Below, one piece after another: positions 47,159 to 58,436 of a DNA stretch of 64,000 nucleotides. The position numbers were made by a program, and so were the translations under genes. Position 1 is the stretch's first letter. The number at the start of each line of letters is the position of its first letter. The notes under the pieces were generated by a model, which saw only the letters and a program-made list of their open reading frames with translations, was not told where the DNA came from and made no database searches. Source of the stretch: an uncultured virus (IMG/VR IMGVR_UViG_3300021373_001770). Its lineage: Duplodnaviria; Heunggongvirae; Uroviricota; Caudoviricetes. Location of the stretch: IMG/VR virus record IMGVR_UViG_3300021373_001770, positions 1 through 64,000 of that record; one strand, given 5' to 3'.

Positions 47159-50100
47159 ATGGCAAAAAAAAGATCATCTTCTTCAAATAACAGGCAGAGG
47201 CAATCTAGAACAAGTTCATCTGTGCAAACAAATTCATTCACTAAAGGAATGAACAAAGACATTGCACCTTCTTTGGAAAATAACCAAAGTTGGTGGCATG
47301 CACGTAATGCTGCAAATAATTCAGAAGATGGTGATGTGGGTGTTATTGGTAATGAGCCAGCTAATTTAGCTTGTGGTGTTATACCATATACAATCATTGG
47401 TGCTGTTCATAGATATGGGGATGAGTGGATAGTATATTCTACAGATGATATTAATTCTGAAATAGGACGTTTTGATGACAGTGAATGTAAATATGAAACA
47501 CTTGTTAATGATCCTTGTTTAAACTTTAATAGAAAATATTTAATTACAGGTGCAGCAAAAGAAAATTTTGATTGTACATGGCAAGTCTATTGGGATGATG
47601 GTAATAATCCATCAAGAACATTAAATATTGATGACATACCTTGGAAAAAAGTTCAAGTCACAGGTCCAGATATAGATGGTAGTGATTGTGTTACTTATGA
47701 AATTATTGAGCCAAAAAGATTAGACTGTGAACAAATAAGATTAGCCCCTTTAGTTGATACACCTTGTATTGTTTTAAGCAATTCAACTGACTCAGGTATG
47801 ATACGCAATGGTGCTTATCAAGTGTTTGTTGCATATGTAGAAAATGAAGTAAGAGTAACTGATTATATTGGTATTTCAAATATTCAGACTATATGGAGTC
47901 ATGAAGGAAGTAATGGTTCTTTAAATATAAGTTTATCTAATTTAGATAAAGATTATGAATATTATGAAGTAGTACTGCTTAGAAGAAACCAAGGTCAAAC
48001 TTCTGCTAAAAGAATTGGTTTTTATAGTGTCCAGCAAAGTGATATAAATATAGATTATATAGATGAATCATTACCAGCAGTATCTTTAGAAACAATTCCT
48101 TTGCGTAGTCCAGCTTATGAAAAGTCTGAGTCAATGTTTGTTGTAAATGATTGGCTTATAAGACAAGGCCCAACAGAACAATTTGATTTTAATTATCAAC
48201 CAGATGCAAACAACATTCAAGTAGAATGGGTTGCTAATGCAGAAAATACTAACTTTTACTATAAAGGCGGTAATAAATATAATTTTTTAAGAGATGAGCA
48301 ATATGCTTTCTTTATAAGATGGATATATAATACAGGAGAAAGATCTTCTTCATATCATATACCTGGTAGAGCACCAGAATCTTATACTACTCCTAGCGGT
48401 TCAGTATATCAAGAAGATGAGATAATTTATGGAGATAATGTTTTGGATACTGTAAGTGGAGATAAACTATTTAAAGTATATAATACAGCTTCAGTTACTT
48501 CATTAGTTACTGAAGAGTTAGATGATGGTACTGTTGTTTATGCAAGAGGAAAAATGGGATACTGGGAATCTACAGAAAGATATCCTATGAAGCCTGATAT
48601 TTGGGGTGACTTATGTGGTAAGCCCATAAGACATCACAAAATGCCATCAGAAGAAACATCTAATGCATTAGCATTAACAAACACAACTGGTGATTTAATA
48701 AATATATTGGGTGTTCAATTTTCTAATATTGCAAGACCCAAATACAATGATGGTACATTTATACCAAATGTAGTAGGATATGAGATACTAAGAGGTTCTA
48801 GATTAGGTGCAAAATCTATACTTGCAAAAGGATTATTTAGAAACATGCGTAAGTATACTGTTCCTAATCCGGAAGATTTAATTGGAAATAATGTTCAAGG
48901 CTTATATGTAAATTATCCTTATAATGACCTTAGACCAGATATTTATTTTCACACAGGTGGATCAGGTAGTTTAAAAAGAACAGATGGTTGTGATTCATTT
49001 GATAGTTCTATGACATCTTATCAAGCATTAGGTGATGAACCTGATATAGGCGGTGAGCCTGCAGGTTATTCAAGAAAAGTTTTTAGTTTTTCTTCTCCTG
49101 ATTTAATGTTTACAAAACCATTTTTAAATGCTTACGAAACTCGGATATATGGACAGCTAAGTGGTAATGCAACTGGTAGATTTAAACAATCAGAAGATCA
49201 TCCTCAGTTTAAGTTATTAAGAGGTGGTGCTGCATTAGTGGCATCTATTATAGGTTTTGGATATGCAATTCATCAGATTAGAGGTACGGAAGGTAGAAGA
49301 ATGAATTCTACTGGAGGTAATATGACAAGTATCTCAGGTAAAGGAGAAGAAATAGTAGGTACAGAGCAAAGGGGTAACAATGGATTTGTTACGTTAACTG
49401 TACCACCTGGTGTTGCTACGGTAAACTGGAGTCCAAGAAGTGGAGGAAAAATTTCTGGTGGTGATTGGGAAATACAAGATCCTAATAAGCTAACTACATA
49501 TAAAGCAGCTGCTACTGCAGCAGTTGGTGCTTCTTCAGGCTCATCATTAGCATTATCTTTATTAATGGAAAGTTTAGCTGGTATAGGAGATTTATATACT
49601 GGTGGATTAGTTACTGAGATTCAAGAAGGTGCTCAAATCACACAAAATGCTAGTCATGCAAATGTGTTGGGTGTCAATTCAGGAATACAAACAAACACAA
49701 GAACAAAAGATACAAGTACATCTAATATTCCACAAATATTTAGAACAATTACTGGTTTATTAAGTACTCAAACAAATCTTGCTATAGGAGGTAATGAAAT
49801 CATTGAACTTCTATATAATTTAGCAGATGAATCTTCTTTTGCATACAAGTACAATTCAGAAGGTTTTTTCTTTGATTTCTCAAATCAAACAAATGGTTTA
49901 TGGAGAATAAAAAATACTGATTCAAATTATATTGGTCAATCATTTCAAACATTTAATCAAGGTGAATATAAAATAAATAATTTATATAGACCTAGTACAG
50001 TTGCTGTAGCTTTAGATAAAGAATTAACTGATCCAGCTACAGTTGATACATCTAGATTTTCTATAGGTGGTGAACTGAATTTAACTTTAAATGCCGCAGG

Positions 50101-53100
50101 AGAATATGTAAGTTCTACTCCAATAGAGTTTAGTGATAGTTATTTGCTAGAACCTACTACTGAAAGAGGATCAACAATATCAGCATATTATGGTGCATTA
50201 AAATTTAATTTTGATAATCAATATGGTCAATTATCTGGTATCAAACAAGTTCAAATGCGTGGTTGTGTTGAGCTGCTTGATCCTAATAAACCAGATGAAT
50301 ATTTATACAGCAGTAAACCTATTTTTGCAGGAGATACATTTGTAGGTAGGTATACTGAAAAAGTTATAATGCCAATATTTAGTAATTATTTATTAGGCCA
50401 ACCTGATAATTATACTTTTGATTATTCTTTATATGTAAACATACCTTACCCAAGATGGTGGTTGAATTCTCAAAGATATGATATTACACCATTAGCAAGA
50501 GAAATAGCTACTTTAGGTCTGGTTAGTACTGGCTCTTTAGAAGCTCTTTATCCAAATGATTTATTTTATTTGGATAGAGGTAATGATTCTTGTGCTTCAG
50601 GTTTTAATGCATTATTTAATGAAGATGATCCTAATCCAACGTTTGAAATGCTATATGCATATATGTATACACATATTAATGGTATGTTAGATTTTTATGT
50701 GGAGTCTGAAATTAATTTAGATCAAAGAGATTGGGAAGATGAACCAGCAAAAAGAATATACAGTGTTTATGATTATAATGATACTGATGAATTATTCCAT
50801 GCAGCTATAGAAAAAGAAGACAACTTTTATAAATATGATGAATCATTAAGTGTTGGAAAGTTTCCTACACAAATGGCATCTTTTGCTGAAGTACAGCGTT
50901 TAGATTATGATCCTTACATTGCTGAGACTTGTTATGTAAATTATCCTAAAAGGTTAATATATTCTTTACAGGCACAAGAAGAATCAAGAAAAGATTATTG
51001 GAGAGTATTTTTAAATAACAACTATAGAGATTTTAAAAATGATGTTAGTGTTATAAAACCAATTAATAAAAGCGGTGCATTAATATTCTTTCCACATTTG
51101 TCACCTCAAATGTTTCAGGGACTTGATACATTGAAGACTCAGCTTGATACTAAATTAACAATAGGTGATGGCGGTTTGTTTAGTCAACCCTTCCAAAATG
51201 TTGCAAATGCAGATATATCTAATGAGTATGGTTCATGTGAAAGTTTAAGAGGTGTTATTAATACACCTGTTGGTTTATTTTTTATATCACAAGCACAAGG
51301 TAAGATATTTCAATATGCTGGTAAAGGTCTTCAGCCAATATCAAATCAAGGTATGAAATGGTGGTTTGCAAAATATTTACCATCTAAATTTATAAAACAA
51401 TTTCCAAATTCAGAGACATCAGTATGGACAGATAATCCAGTTCAAGGTGTGGGTTGTCAAGTTATATATGATTCAGTAGATGATGTAGTTTATTTTATGA
51501 AAAAAGATTATAAACTTAAATCTCAATATATTGCAACAGCAGAATTTGTTGACACTGATTATAAGCCGGTTATTGTAGAAACTGTACCTGGTGTAAAAGT
51601 TAATGTAGACATAGGTGATCCAATTTATTTTGATGATTGTTCATGGACTATTAGTTATGATCCTAAAGTCAAAGCTTGGATTTCATTTCATGATTGGCAC
51701 CCTGAATTAGCATTACCAAGTATAAATCATTTCTTTACTACAAAAACAACAACTACTACTATACCTCAATGTCCTCCAGGATATTCTTATAATCCTTCAA
51801 ATGGTTTGTGTGAAATAGCAATTAATCAAACTGTAGATGCAACTATTACTGTTGATGAAATAACTGAAAATATTGTATCAGGTGGACCAGTTAATTGTTT
51901 GGTAGATGTTGTAATTGCAATGGACACTTCTGGTAGTACAAATAATAATAATAGAAGACAAGCACAACTTGCCCTTGTTGCTGCTTTCTTAGCGGATCCT
52001 CAAATAGTAACTTTGATGAATAATGCACAGATGCAGATTGGATTTACAGAATGGGATACTGCATCTACAGCTTTTGATATTCCTAATCCTGCAGGTGGTA
52101 CTTGGTCTATGAGTAATACAGTTACTAATGCAACGGTACAAAACTGGTATAACTCAATATGGGGTGGTGGTGGCACAAGTGAAATTGTAGGTTTGAATGG
52201 TGCACAAGCATTAATAAATAATAAGGCTGGTTCTCAACTAGGAGATAGAAGTGCTCAACCAAATTTTAGAAATGTTATTTTATTTATAACAGATACAACA
52301 GGTAATCCTGGTGCACAAACTGGACAACCTTTTCAAAGTAGCACTGTAGGTACTGGTACTGGACCAGCTAACCAATTTTTGTATGGTATATATTGTGGTG
52401 CTACAAGTGCAGTTCCACCAAGTACAGCAACATTAAATTCAATAACACAAACTACTGGACCAGTTAACGTTGATCCATATCAATTTGGTATAAATGCTGC
52501 TAACCCAGCAACTTTTCAACCTGTTGCAAATGCTATTGCTGGTGCAGTTTGTGGAACAGATTATGAGTGTGAATGTCCTACAGGCTATACATTAGTTTAT
52601 CCAGACCCTGTTACTTCATCATATAGTTCTGCTACTGGTACTTGTACAGATGTTCCTGGAGAAGCTCCAATATGTAGAAGAGTTACTTGTGAGTGTCCAC
52701 CTGTTGTTGTACCTGGAACAGTAGTTACCGAATTGGGAACTTGTCCAGATAGTGCTCCTGGAATATATGATATTGGTGATCCTAATTGGGTTGACCCAGA
52801 TCCAAGACGTTGTAATTTTTATTTTTATGAAAGTACAACAGCTAATTTTGAAGTAGGATCATTTTGGAGACATAATGTAAGATGTGATTTATTTGCAAAT
52901 TACTATAATGAAGATTACCCATGGGAAATAGATTTAATATCTAATACCGGTCAGGCGGTAAACACAGTCCGTAGTTTTGAATATCAATTAGAAACTTATG
53001 TTTATAAAGGAGATCCTCAATATAATATGTGTGGTGGAGATAAATGGGAAGATTTAGATTTTAATTTTGATAGAGCAATTGTATATAACAATGATCAGAC

Positions 53101-53473
53101 TTCTGGATTATTAAATATTAATCAGCAATCTGTAAATGATCCTTGGGGTAACCTAACATATCCAATAATAAATTTTAATAGTATAGATATTTTAGCATCT
53201 AAAGTTGAACACAAATTTAGATTTAATCAATTTTGGGATATAACAAATGATAGAGGAGAATTTACAAATGTTGAGCAGTCTATATTTGATACGGAATGTA
53301 ATGGATATATAAGACCTTTGAATAGTATAAATTTAAATTATAATAAACCTCCAACACAAAGAAAGAAGTTTAGACATTATTCAAATCAAGTTATATTAAG
53401 AAGACAGCTTTCAGGAAATAGAAAAATGTTATTAAGATTAAATAATACTAAGTTATTACTATCACAAAGATAA
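47159..53473 (+). CDS. Muzzle/tail stabilization protein with vWA insertion
   Basis: NSFTKGMNKD, RDEQYAF, PIRHHKMP, GDTFVGRY and WTISY...WISFHDW match crAss muzzle motifs; internal DVVIAMDTSGS. Confidence 0.82.
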   Translation: MAKKRSSSSNNRQRQSRTSSSVQTNSFTKGMNKDIAPSLENNQSWWHARNAANNSEDGDVGVIGNEPANLACGVIPYTIIGAVHRYGDEWIVYSTDDINSEIGRFDDSECKYETLVNDPCLNFNRKYLITGAAKENFDCTWQVYWDDGNNPSRTLNIDDIPWKKVQVTGPDIDGSDCVTYEIIEPKRLDCEQIRLAPLVDTPCIVLSNSTDSGMIRNGAYQVFVAYVENEVRVTDYIGISNIQTIWSHEGSNGSLNISLSNLDKDYEYYEVVLLRRNQGQTSAKRIGFYSVQQSDINIDYIDESLPAVSLETIPLRSPAYEKSESMFVVNDWLIRQGPTEQFDFNYQPDANNIQVEWVANAENTNFYYKGGNKYNFLRDEQYAFFIRWIYNTGERSSSYHIPGRAPESYTTPSGSVYQEDEIIYGDNVLDTVSGDKLFKVYNTASVTSLVTEELDDGTVVYARGKMGYWESTERYPMKPDIWGDLCGKPIRHHKMPSEETSNALALTNTTGDLINILGVQFSNIARPKYNDGTFIPNVVGYEILRGSRLGAKSILAKGLFRNMRKYTVPNPEDLIGNNVQGLYVNYPYNDLRPDIYFHTGGSGSLKRTDGCDSFDSSMTSYQALGDEPDIGGEPAGYSRKVFSFSSPDLMFTKPFLNAYETRIYGQLSGNATGRFKQSEDHPQFKLLRGGAALVASIIGFGYAIHQIRGTEGRRMNSTGGNMTSISGKGEEIVGTEQRGNNGFVTLTVPPGVATVNWSPRSGGKISGGDWEIQDPNKLTTYKAAATAAVGASSGSSLALSLLMESLAGIGDLYTGGLVTEIQEGAQITQNASHANVLGVNSGIQTNTRTKDTSTSNIPQIFRTITGLLSTQTNLAIGGNEIIELLYNLADESSFAYKYNSEGFFFDFSNQTNGLWRIKNTDSNYIGQSFQTFNQGEYKINNLYRPSTVAVALDKELTDPATVDTSRFSIGGELNLTLNAAGEYVSSTPIEFSDSYLLEPTTERGSTISAYYGALKFNFDNQYGQLSGIKQVQMRGCVELLDPNKPDEYLYSSKPIFAGDTFVGRYTEKVIMPIFSNYLLGQPDNYTFDYSLYVNIPYPRWWLNSQRYDITPLAREIATLGLVSTGSLEALYPNDLFYLDRGNDSCASGFNALFNEDDPNPTFEMLYAYMYTHINGMLDFYVESEINLDQRDWEDEPAKRIYSVYDYNDTDELFHAAIEKEDNFYKYDESLSVGKFPTQMASFAEVQRLDYDPYIAETCYVNYPKRLIYSLQAQEESRKDYWRVFLNNNYRDFKNDVSVIKPINKSGALIFFPHLSPQMFQGLDTLKTQLDTKLTIGDGGLFSQPFQNVANADISNEYGSCESLRGVINTPVGLFFISQAQGKIFQYAGKGLQPISNQGMKWWFAKYLPSKFIKQFPNSETSVWTDNPVQGVGCQVIYDSVDDVVYFMKKDYKLKSQYIATAEFVDTDYKPVIVETVPGVKVNVDIGDPIYFDDCSWTISYDPKVKAWISFHDWHPELALPSINHFFTTKTTTTTIPQCPPGYSYNPSNGLCEIAINQTVDATITVDEITENIVSGGPVNCLVDVVIAMDTSGSTNNNNRRQAQLALVAAFLADPQIVTLMNNAQMQIGFTEWDTASTAFDIPNPAGGTWSMSNTVTNATVQNWYNSIWGGGGTSEIVGLNGAQALINNKAGSQLGDRSAQPNFRNVILFITDTTGNPGAQTGQPFQSSTVGTGTGPANQFLYGIYCGATSAVPPSTATLNSITQTTGPVNVDPYQFGINAANPATFQPVANAIAGAVCGTDYECECPTGYTLVYPDPVTSSYSSATGTCTDVPGEAPICRRVTCECPPVVVPGTVVTELGTCPDSAPGIYDIGDPNWVDPDPRRCNFYFYESTTANFEVGSFWRHNVRCDLFANYYNEDYPWEIDLISNTGQAVNTVRSFEYQLETYVYKGDPQYNMCGGDKWEDLDFNFDRAIVYNNDQTSGLLNINQQSVNDPWGNLTYPIINFNSIDILASKVEHKFRFNQFWDITNDRGEFTNVEQSIFDTECNGYIRPLNSINLNYNKPPTQRKKFRHYSNQVILRRQLSGNRKMLLRLNNTKLLLSQR

Positions 53474-54693
53474 TGAAAGAATCATTTGAATATAGCACAG
53501 TCAGAGGTTTGCCGGGTGGGCCTAATGAAGAAATTACTTATGTAACAGGTGTTTTTTCTATAGAGGGTTATAAAAGAAACTCACCTGATGTAAACAATCC
53601 TTATAATATTATACCATCAGCAGATATTACTATGAAGGGTGTAGATTTTCCAGTTAGAGGATATGGTAATAATGGCATTGTTCAAGATATGATACCTGGA
53701 AAAGAAAATTATAACTATGGAGATGCAGATTATGTTGTTGAAGTTCCAATGGCTAAAAAAGCACAGGATGGTACAGAAACACAACCTATAGAGCTTGATG
53801 AAGTTGTTGTTAAAGCATATAATTTAAATAATCTAACTGAAGATGAAAGAAAGCTTTATAACATCTTTAGAACAGGTGTAGGAAGATTGCAAATGATAGA
53901 TAACCCTGATTATAATCCAAACTGGAAAGATAACCCATCAGAAAACAGAGGTATGGTAAGAAGAGAAAAAATACCAATGAAAGATGAAGAAGGTAGATCA
54001 GTGAAAGTAAAAGATTTTGTGCCTAATTTAAAAGTATATAAAAACATTGATGGAGATAATGTTGAATTTGATGTTTCTTTTGAAGATGCTTTACGTTTAT
54101 ATAGAGAAGCTGGATCACCAACTATATCTAATAAACCAGGTTTGCTGGCAAGATTTATGCCTGAAAAATTTAATATTAATAAAAAAACTGGGGATTTCAG
54201 AGCTCATGCTAATCCTCTTTTAAATAAAATTTATATACCAGAAGGATCAGGTCCAAATTATTTTAAACCTTTTCTTGCTGAAATAGCTCACATACATCCA
54301 GATTATAATTTTTTACCAACATTATCGGGTACACTAGACAGAATAAAAAGGTCATATCAAGAAAGTGATTTTATAATACCTGGCCCTGGTTTTATACCTT
54401 TACCTACTAAAATAGCAGATGATAGTAATTATAAAAGCAAAAAAGATTTTGAATATAAAACTCATCAGATAGCAGAAAAAAATATTGCAAATGCTTATTT
54501 TAAAAGAAAGGAAAAAGGTGGGCAAGTAAAAGAAATGTTTAGTACATATGCAAATTACATTAATGGAAAAGATAAAAGTCAAAATGCTAAAAAAGCATTT
54601 GATAAACTAAATAGAATCTATTATAAAGATGCTAAAAAAAGTGGGATGGGCGTAGCTAATTTTATTGCTACATATATTATTCCAAATTCTTAA
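53473..54693 (+). CDS. Virion cargo-type protein
   Basis: N-terminal ITMKGVDFPV domain; segments delimited by KAQDG and KEKGG; FLAEIAH motif. Confidence 0.55.
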   Translation: MKESFEYSTVRGLPGGPNEEITYVTGVFSIEGYKRNSPDVNNPYNIIPSADITMKGVDFPVRGYGNNGIVQDMIPGKENYNYGDADYVVEVPMAKKAQDGTETQPIELDEVVVKAYNLNNLTEDERKLYNIFRTGVGRLQMIDNPDYNPNWKDNPSENRGMVRREKIPMKDEEGRSVKVKDFVPNLKVYKNIDGDNVEFDVSFEDALRLYREAGSPTISNKPGLLARFMPEKFNINKKTGDFRAHANPLLNKIYIPEGSGPNYFKPFLAEIAHIHPDYNFLPTLSGTLDRIKRSYQESDFIIPGPGFIPLPTKIADDSNYKSKKDFEYKTHQIAEKNIANAYFKRKEKGGQVKEMFSTYANYINGKDKSQNAKKAFDKLNRIYYKDAKKSGMGVANFIATYIIPNS

Positions 54694-54753
54694 ACCCTAA
54701 AGATTAGTGAATCTCCTTAATTATTTGTATATTAATAATATAATATTAGCAAA

Positions 54754-57700
54754 ATGGATCTAAATAAAATAAGTTTAAAACAACAAGGTGGGGATGCTAT
54801 GATTCCAAATGAACCGGGTATGAGAAATGAACCCAAAGTAGATCCTGCTATTCAACAAATTACTGAGTTTTTTGCACAAGCAATTGAGTCAGGTCAAAGA
54901 CCTGAAGATGTTGTTATTTCTTTAATGGATAAACAAGTAGATCAAGAAACTATCATTCAAGTTCTTACAGGTATAGGTTATGAACAAAATGACTTAGAAG
55001 TTTTGTTTCAAAACATTCAAGAAAGAACTAACCCTGCACCTCCAACAGATCAACAGATAAATCAAAATCCTGAACAGTTAGCAAGACAACAAAAGATACA
55101 AGAAGGGCAAGAAGGTTTAAACGTTAATATAGATCCTATTGAAATGGCTAAATCTGGTATTGAAATCAAACCAGAAAATAGAGGTAAGTTTACTAAGTGG
55201 GCTAAAGCACGTGGTATGACTGTTAAGGAAGCATATGCAAAGGTTTTAAAAAATAAAGATAGATACCCCGCATCAGTTGTAAAGATGGCTAATTTTGCAC
55301 GTAATGCAGCTGGTTGGAAAAAAGGACAAGAAGGTATTGAAATACCAAGTGAAGCTTTACCTGTACAAGATCCATCTGCTTTGCAAAGAATGCAAATTAA
55401 ACTTCGTGACTTAATAAAAGGAAATGAAAGGGGTGAGGCATCATCTATAACCCCAGAAACTCTATTCTATGGCACAGAAGCAATGGGTGGTATTCCTGAA
55501 GGATATGTAGTAAATCCATTCCAAACAATGGAGTTTAGAGATGTAAATCAAAATGGTATTGAAGATAGGGAGGAAGGCCTATATATAAAAAGAGATTTAA
55601 TACGTGAAGAAGATTTACCTAAAAGTAGAGGTCTAAAAAAAGGCGGGGAGTTTAAACCACATTTAATGTATGATCCAAAGACTGGTAAAGCTTATGAGGC
55701 TAAAGTACCTGCTGACCATGAAAGAATGGCTAAGATGGGATACTTGCATAAAGATGAAATGCAAGGTGGTAAAGCTCAGATGGGTTTTGAAATGTCTGAT
55801 TTAGCAGATTTTCTAAAAAGCGTAGAAGGTGATGATCTAAGCCAGTATAAACAAAATTATCAAAATAGTTTTATGGCTGAAGGATATAAACCTAGCCAAG
55901 AGGAGTTTGATAGAATGGATCAATCTACAAAACAAATGTATGCTGAATCTTTTCCTGGTCATTATAAGATATCAGCTGATACACCAACGGCTTTAGATTT
56001 ATACAAGTTAAGATATCAAAATAGTTTTATGATGCCTACACAAACTGATGGGCCTCAATACAAATATGGTGGACCAAAAGGTGAAGAAGCTTATTTAGCA
56101 AGAAGAGATGCTGCAATAAAAGCATCTATGGATAAAGCATATACAGGTAAAGAATTAAATGATGCTATTCAAAAATATGCTAAAAGAGATAATATTTATA
56201 TTACAGGTAAGGAGGGTAATGTGATATATGATGGTAGAAGTAATGAATCTCCTGCTGCTAATGGAGTAGTTACAAATCCATTTTATGTAAACCCTTTAAT
56301 ATTTAGTTCAGGTAAAAGTTTTCAGCCGGGTAGACTTGTAAATGATATTGCTGATTTATATATGGGTGTTATTGGAACAGAAGATAGTCCTGGTATAATA
56401 GGTTATGGAGGAGCAGAAGCTAACTATTTACAAAATCAAAAAGATAAATATGAAAATGCAACATTTGAATATAAAGCAGATGATTCACCAGAAAATATAG
56501 AAGCTATAAAAGCTTACATGAAACAATATGCTTTAGAGAATCCTAATGTAGAAGATGCAATTGCTAATTTACCAAATATTAAAACTAGTGAAAGAAAAGT
56601 AGATAAAGCATTAAACTCATTTACAGATTGGTTTAAAAATGCAGGACAAAATGTAAAACAAGGTGGTCAAGAAACATATGATGCTATTATAGATATGATA
56701 CAAGGTACTAAAGGTACTAGCACAAAAACACCGGGTATAATTCCTGATGGTCAATTTGGTAATGGTGAATTTGGTGATTTTGATGTTATGACAGAAGATA
56801 ACCCATATGGTTTACCAAATTGGATGTTTGATTCAAATGTAGATCCTGGTCAAACTAATTATATGGAAGACACAAGGATTGTAGCAGATGCTCAGTTAGC
56901 AAAAAAGTTTCCTGGTTTAGGTGATACACCTTTAGAAGAAGAACAAAATAAACAACGTGAAAATCAACAAAAAGATGCACAATTAACTGCAGATGAATTA
57001 TTTAAAAAAATAGAACCTGGTACTATGGATATAGATACCAATGAAGGATTCTTTGAAAAAGCAGAAAGATTTGGTAATAGCACAGCTCTTAGGCTGGCTG
57101 ATCAACTTGCAGATAGTACAGTTAAAATTGTTAGTAACATAACTGACTTTCAAGCTGATGAAGCTGTTGATGATGCACGAGTAGATTTTTATAATACTAG
57201 AGGTGCAGATTTTGTAGCTCCAGTTGTTACTGATGCTTTATTTAAAAGAGGAAAAGGACCAGATATAAATTCAGGTATTTTTGGTTCTGAGGGAGATGCA
57301 ACTACAGGTTTATATATAACCAAGAAAGGTGGTGAACCTAGTAATGCAGGTTTTCAAGCTTTACCAGATTATGTTCAAGATAAGATAATGAAAAGACAAA
57401 ATGGTGGAGAAGAAATATATAACAATCCTTTTGGTGATCTAAGATCTTTTACAGATGATTTGAATCAATATCAAGATGGAAATGGTGAGATGACACGAGA
57501 TGAATTAATGAGTCAAATAATGGATCTTAGAAGTCAAGTAGAACAAGAAGACTCAAGGATTCAAAATTTCCAAAGTAATATTGACAAGTTATATAGAGGC
57601 TTTTTAACATCTAAAGAAGTGGATGATGAGGAACTAAGAAAAGCCCAACTAGCAGAGATATTAGGTGCTGATTCTTCCATTAATCCTGCTTTATTTAATA

Positions 57701-58434
57701 CTGTTGAAGGTGATTATGGGCGTGTTGTAGGATTAGATAGTATTCCAGCAGCAACTTTAAATTGGGGATCTAAATTATATGATAGTGGTGAAGGTTATGG
57801 GTGTACAAGCTATGGTTGTGGTATATTAAGACAAGCAGGTGCAACAACTGCAGAAGGGAAACCTTTTCCAATTATATCAGGTAATAGTCAACTTAATGGT
57901 ATGATTGAACGCAATCAAGGAGGTTTAGGAATGCAATTAATGGAACCTGGTTTTACTGATTTATTACCAGGTGATAGAGTTGTATCTAATTATAGTACTT
58001 CAGGTGGATCAGGCGCAGCACATACAATGATATTTACTGGGGATTATGATGAAAATGGCTCTCCAATAATGATGGAAAATTCTGGAGGTAATTGGAAAAC
58101 TGGTGTAGACTATAGACCTTTAAGTGAGATTAAACGTAATCTAGATCTTAGTGATCCTGATTCAGGATTAAGAGTAACAAGATATGTAGGTCAAGCACCT
58201 GAATTACGGACTAAACTAAGAGATTTACAAAAAGAATTAGACAGTAGAAATGTGGCTGATATACCTATTAAAAGTAGACCTATAGCACAGCTTTCAACTT
58301 TACCTATGGGTGTTGATAATTTAAAAGTTATGCAACCACCTACTTTTCAAAAAAGCGGTGGTGAAACAATAAATGTTGATGCTACAATGTTAGCTAAATT
58401 AATTGCAGCAGGAGCTGATATAGAAATGTTATAA
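54754..58434 (+). CDS. Cargo/ejection protein with C-terminal NlpC/P60-like domain
   Basis: IEIKPENRGKFT...MANFARNA module; GCTSYG...LLPGD...AHTMIF catalytic pattern. Confidence 0.65.
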   Translation: MDLNKISLKQQGGDAMIPNEPGMRNEPKVDPAIQQITEFFAQAIESGQRPEDVVISLMDKQVDQETIIQVLTGIGYEQNDLEVLFQNIQERTNPAPPTDQQINQNPEQLARQQKIQEGQEGLNVNIDPIEMAKSGIEIKPENRGKFTKWAKARGMTVKEAYAKVLKNKDRYPASVVKMANFARNAAGWKKGQEGIEIPSEALPVQDPSALQRMQIKLRDLIKGNERGEASSITPETLFYGTEAMGGIPEGYVVNPFQTMEFRDVNQNGIEDREEGLYIKRDLIREEDLPKSRGLKKGGEFKPHLMYDPKTGKAYEAKVPADHERMAKMGYLHKDEMQGGKAQMGFEMSDLADFLKSVEGDDLSQYKQNYQNSFMAEGYKPSQEEFDRMDQSTKQMYAESFPGHYKISADTPTALDLYKLRYQNSFMMPTQTDGPQYKYGGPKGEEAYLARRDAAIKASMDKAYTGKELNDAIQKYAKRDNIYITGKEGNVIYDGRSNESPAANGVVTNPFYVNPLIFSSGKSFQPGRLVNDIADLYMGVIGTEDSPGIIGYGGAEANYLQNQKDKYENATFEYKADDSPENIEAIKAYMKQYALENPNVEDAIANLPNIKTSERKVDKALNSFTDWFKNAGQNVKQGGQETYDAIIDMIQGTKGTSTKTPGIIPDGQFGNGEFGDFDVMTEDNPYGLPNWMFDSNVDPGQTNYMEDTRIVADAQLAKKFPGLGDTPLEEEQNKQRENQQKDAQLTADELFKKIEPGTMDIDTNEGFFEKAERFGNSTALRLADQLADSTVKIVSNITDFQADEAVDDARVDFYNTRGADFVAPVVTDALFKRGKGPDINSGIFGSEGDATTGLYITKKGGEPSNAGFQALPDYVQDKIMKRQNGGEEIYNNPFGDLRSFTDDLNQYQDGNGEMTRDELMSQIMDLRSQVEQEDSRIQNFQSNIDKLYRGFLTSKEVDDEELRKAQLAEILGADSSINPALFNTVEGDYGRVVGLDSIPAATLNWGSKLYDSGEGYGCTSYGCGILRQAGATTAEGKPFPIISGNSQLNGMIERNQGGLGMQLMEPGFTDLLPGDRVVSNYSTSGGSGAAHTMIFTGDYDENGSPIMMENSGGNWKTGVDYRPLSEIKRNLDLSDPDSGLRVTRYVGQAPELRTKLRDLQKELDSRNVADIPIKSRPIAQLSTLPMGVDNLKVMQPPTFQKSGGETINVDATMLAKLIAAGADIEML

Positions 58435-58436
58435 TT

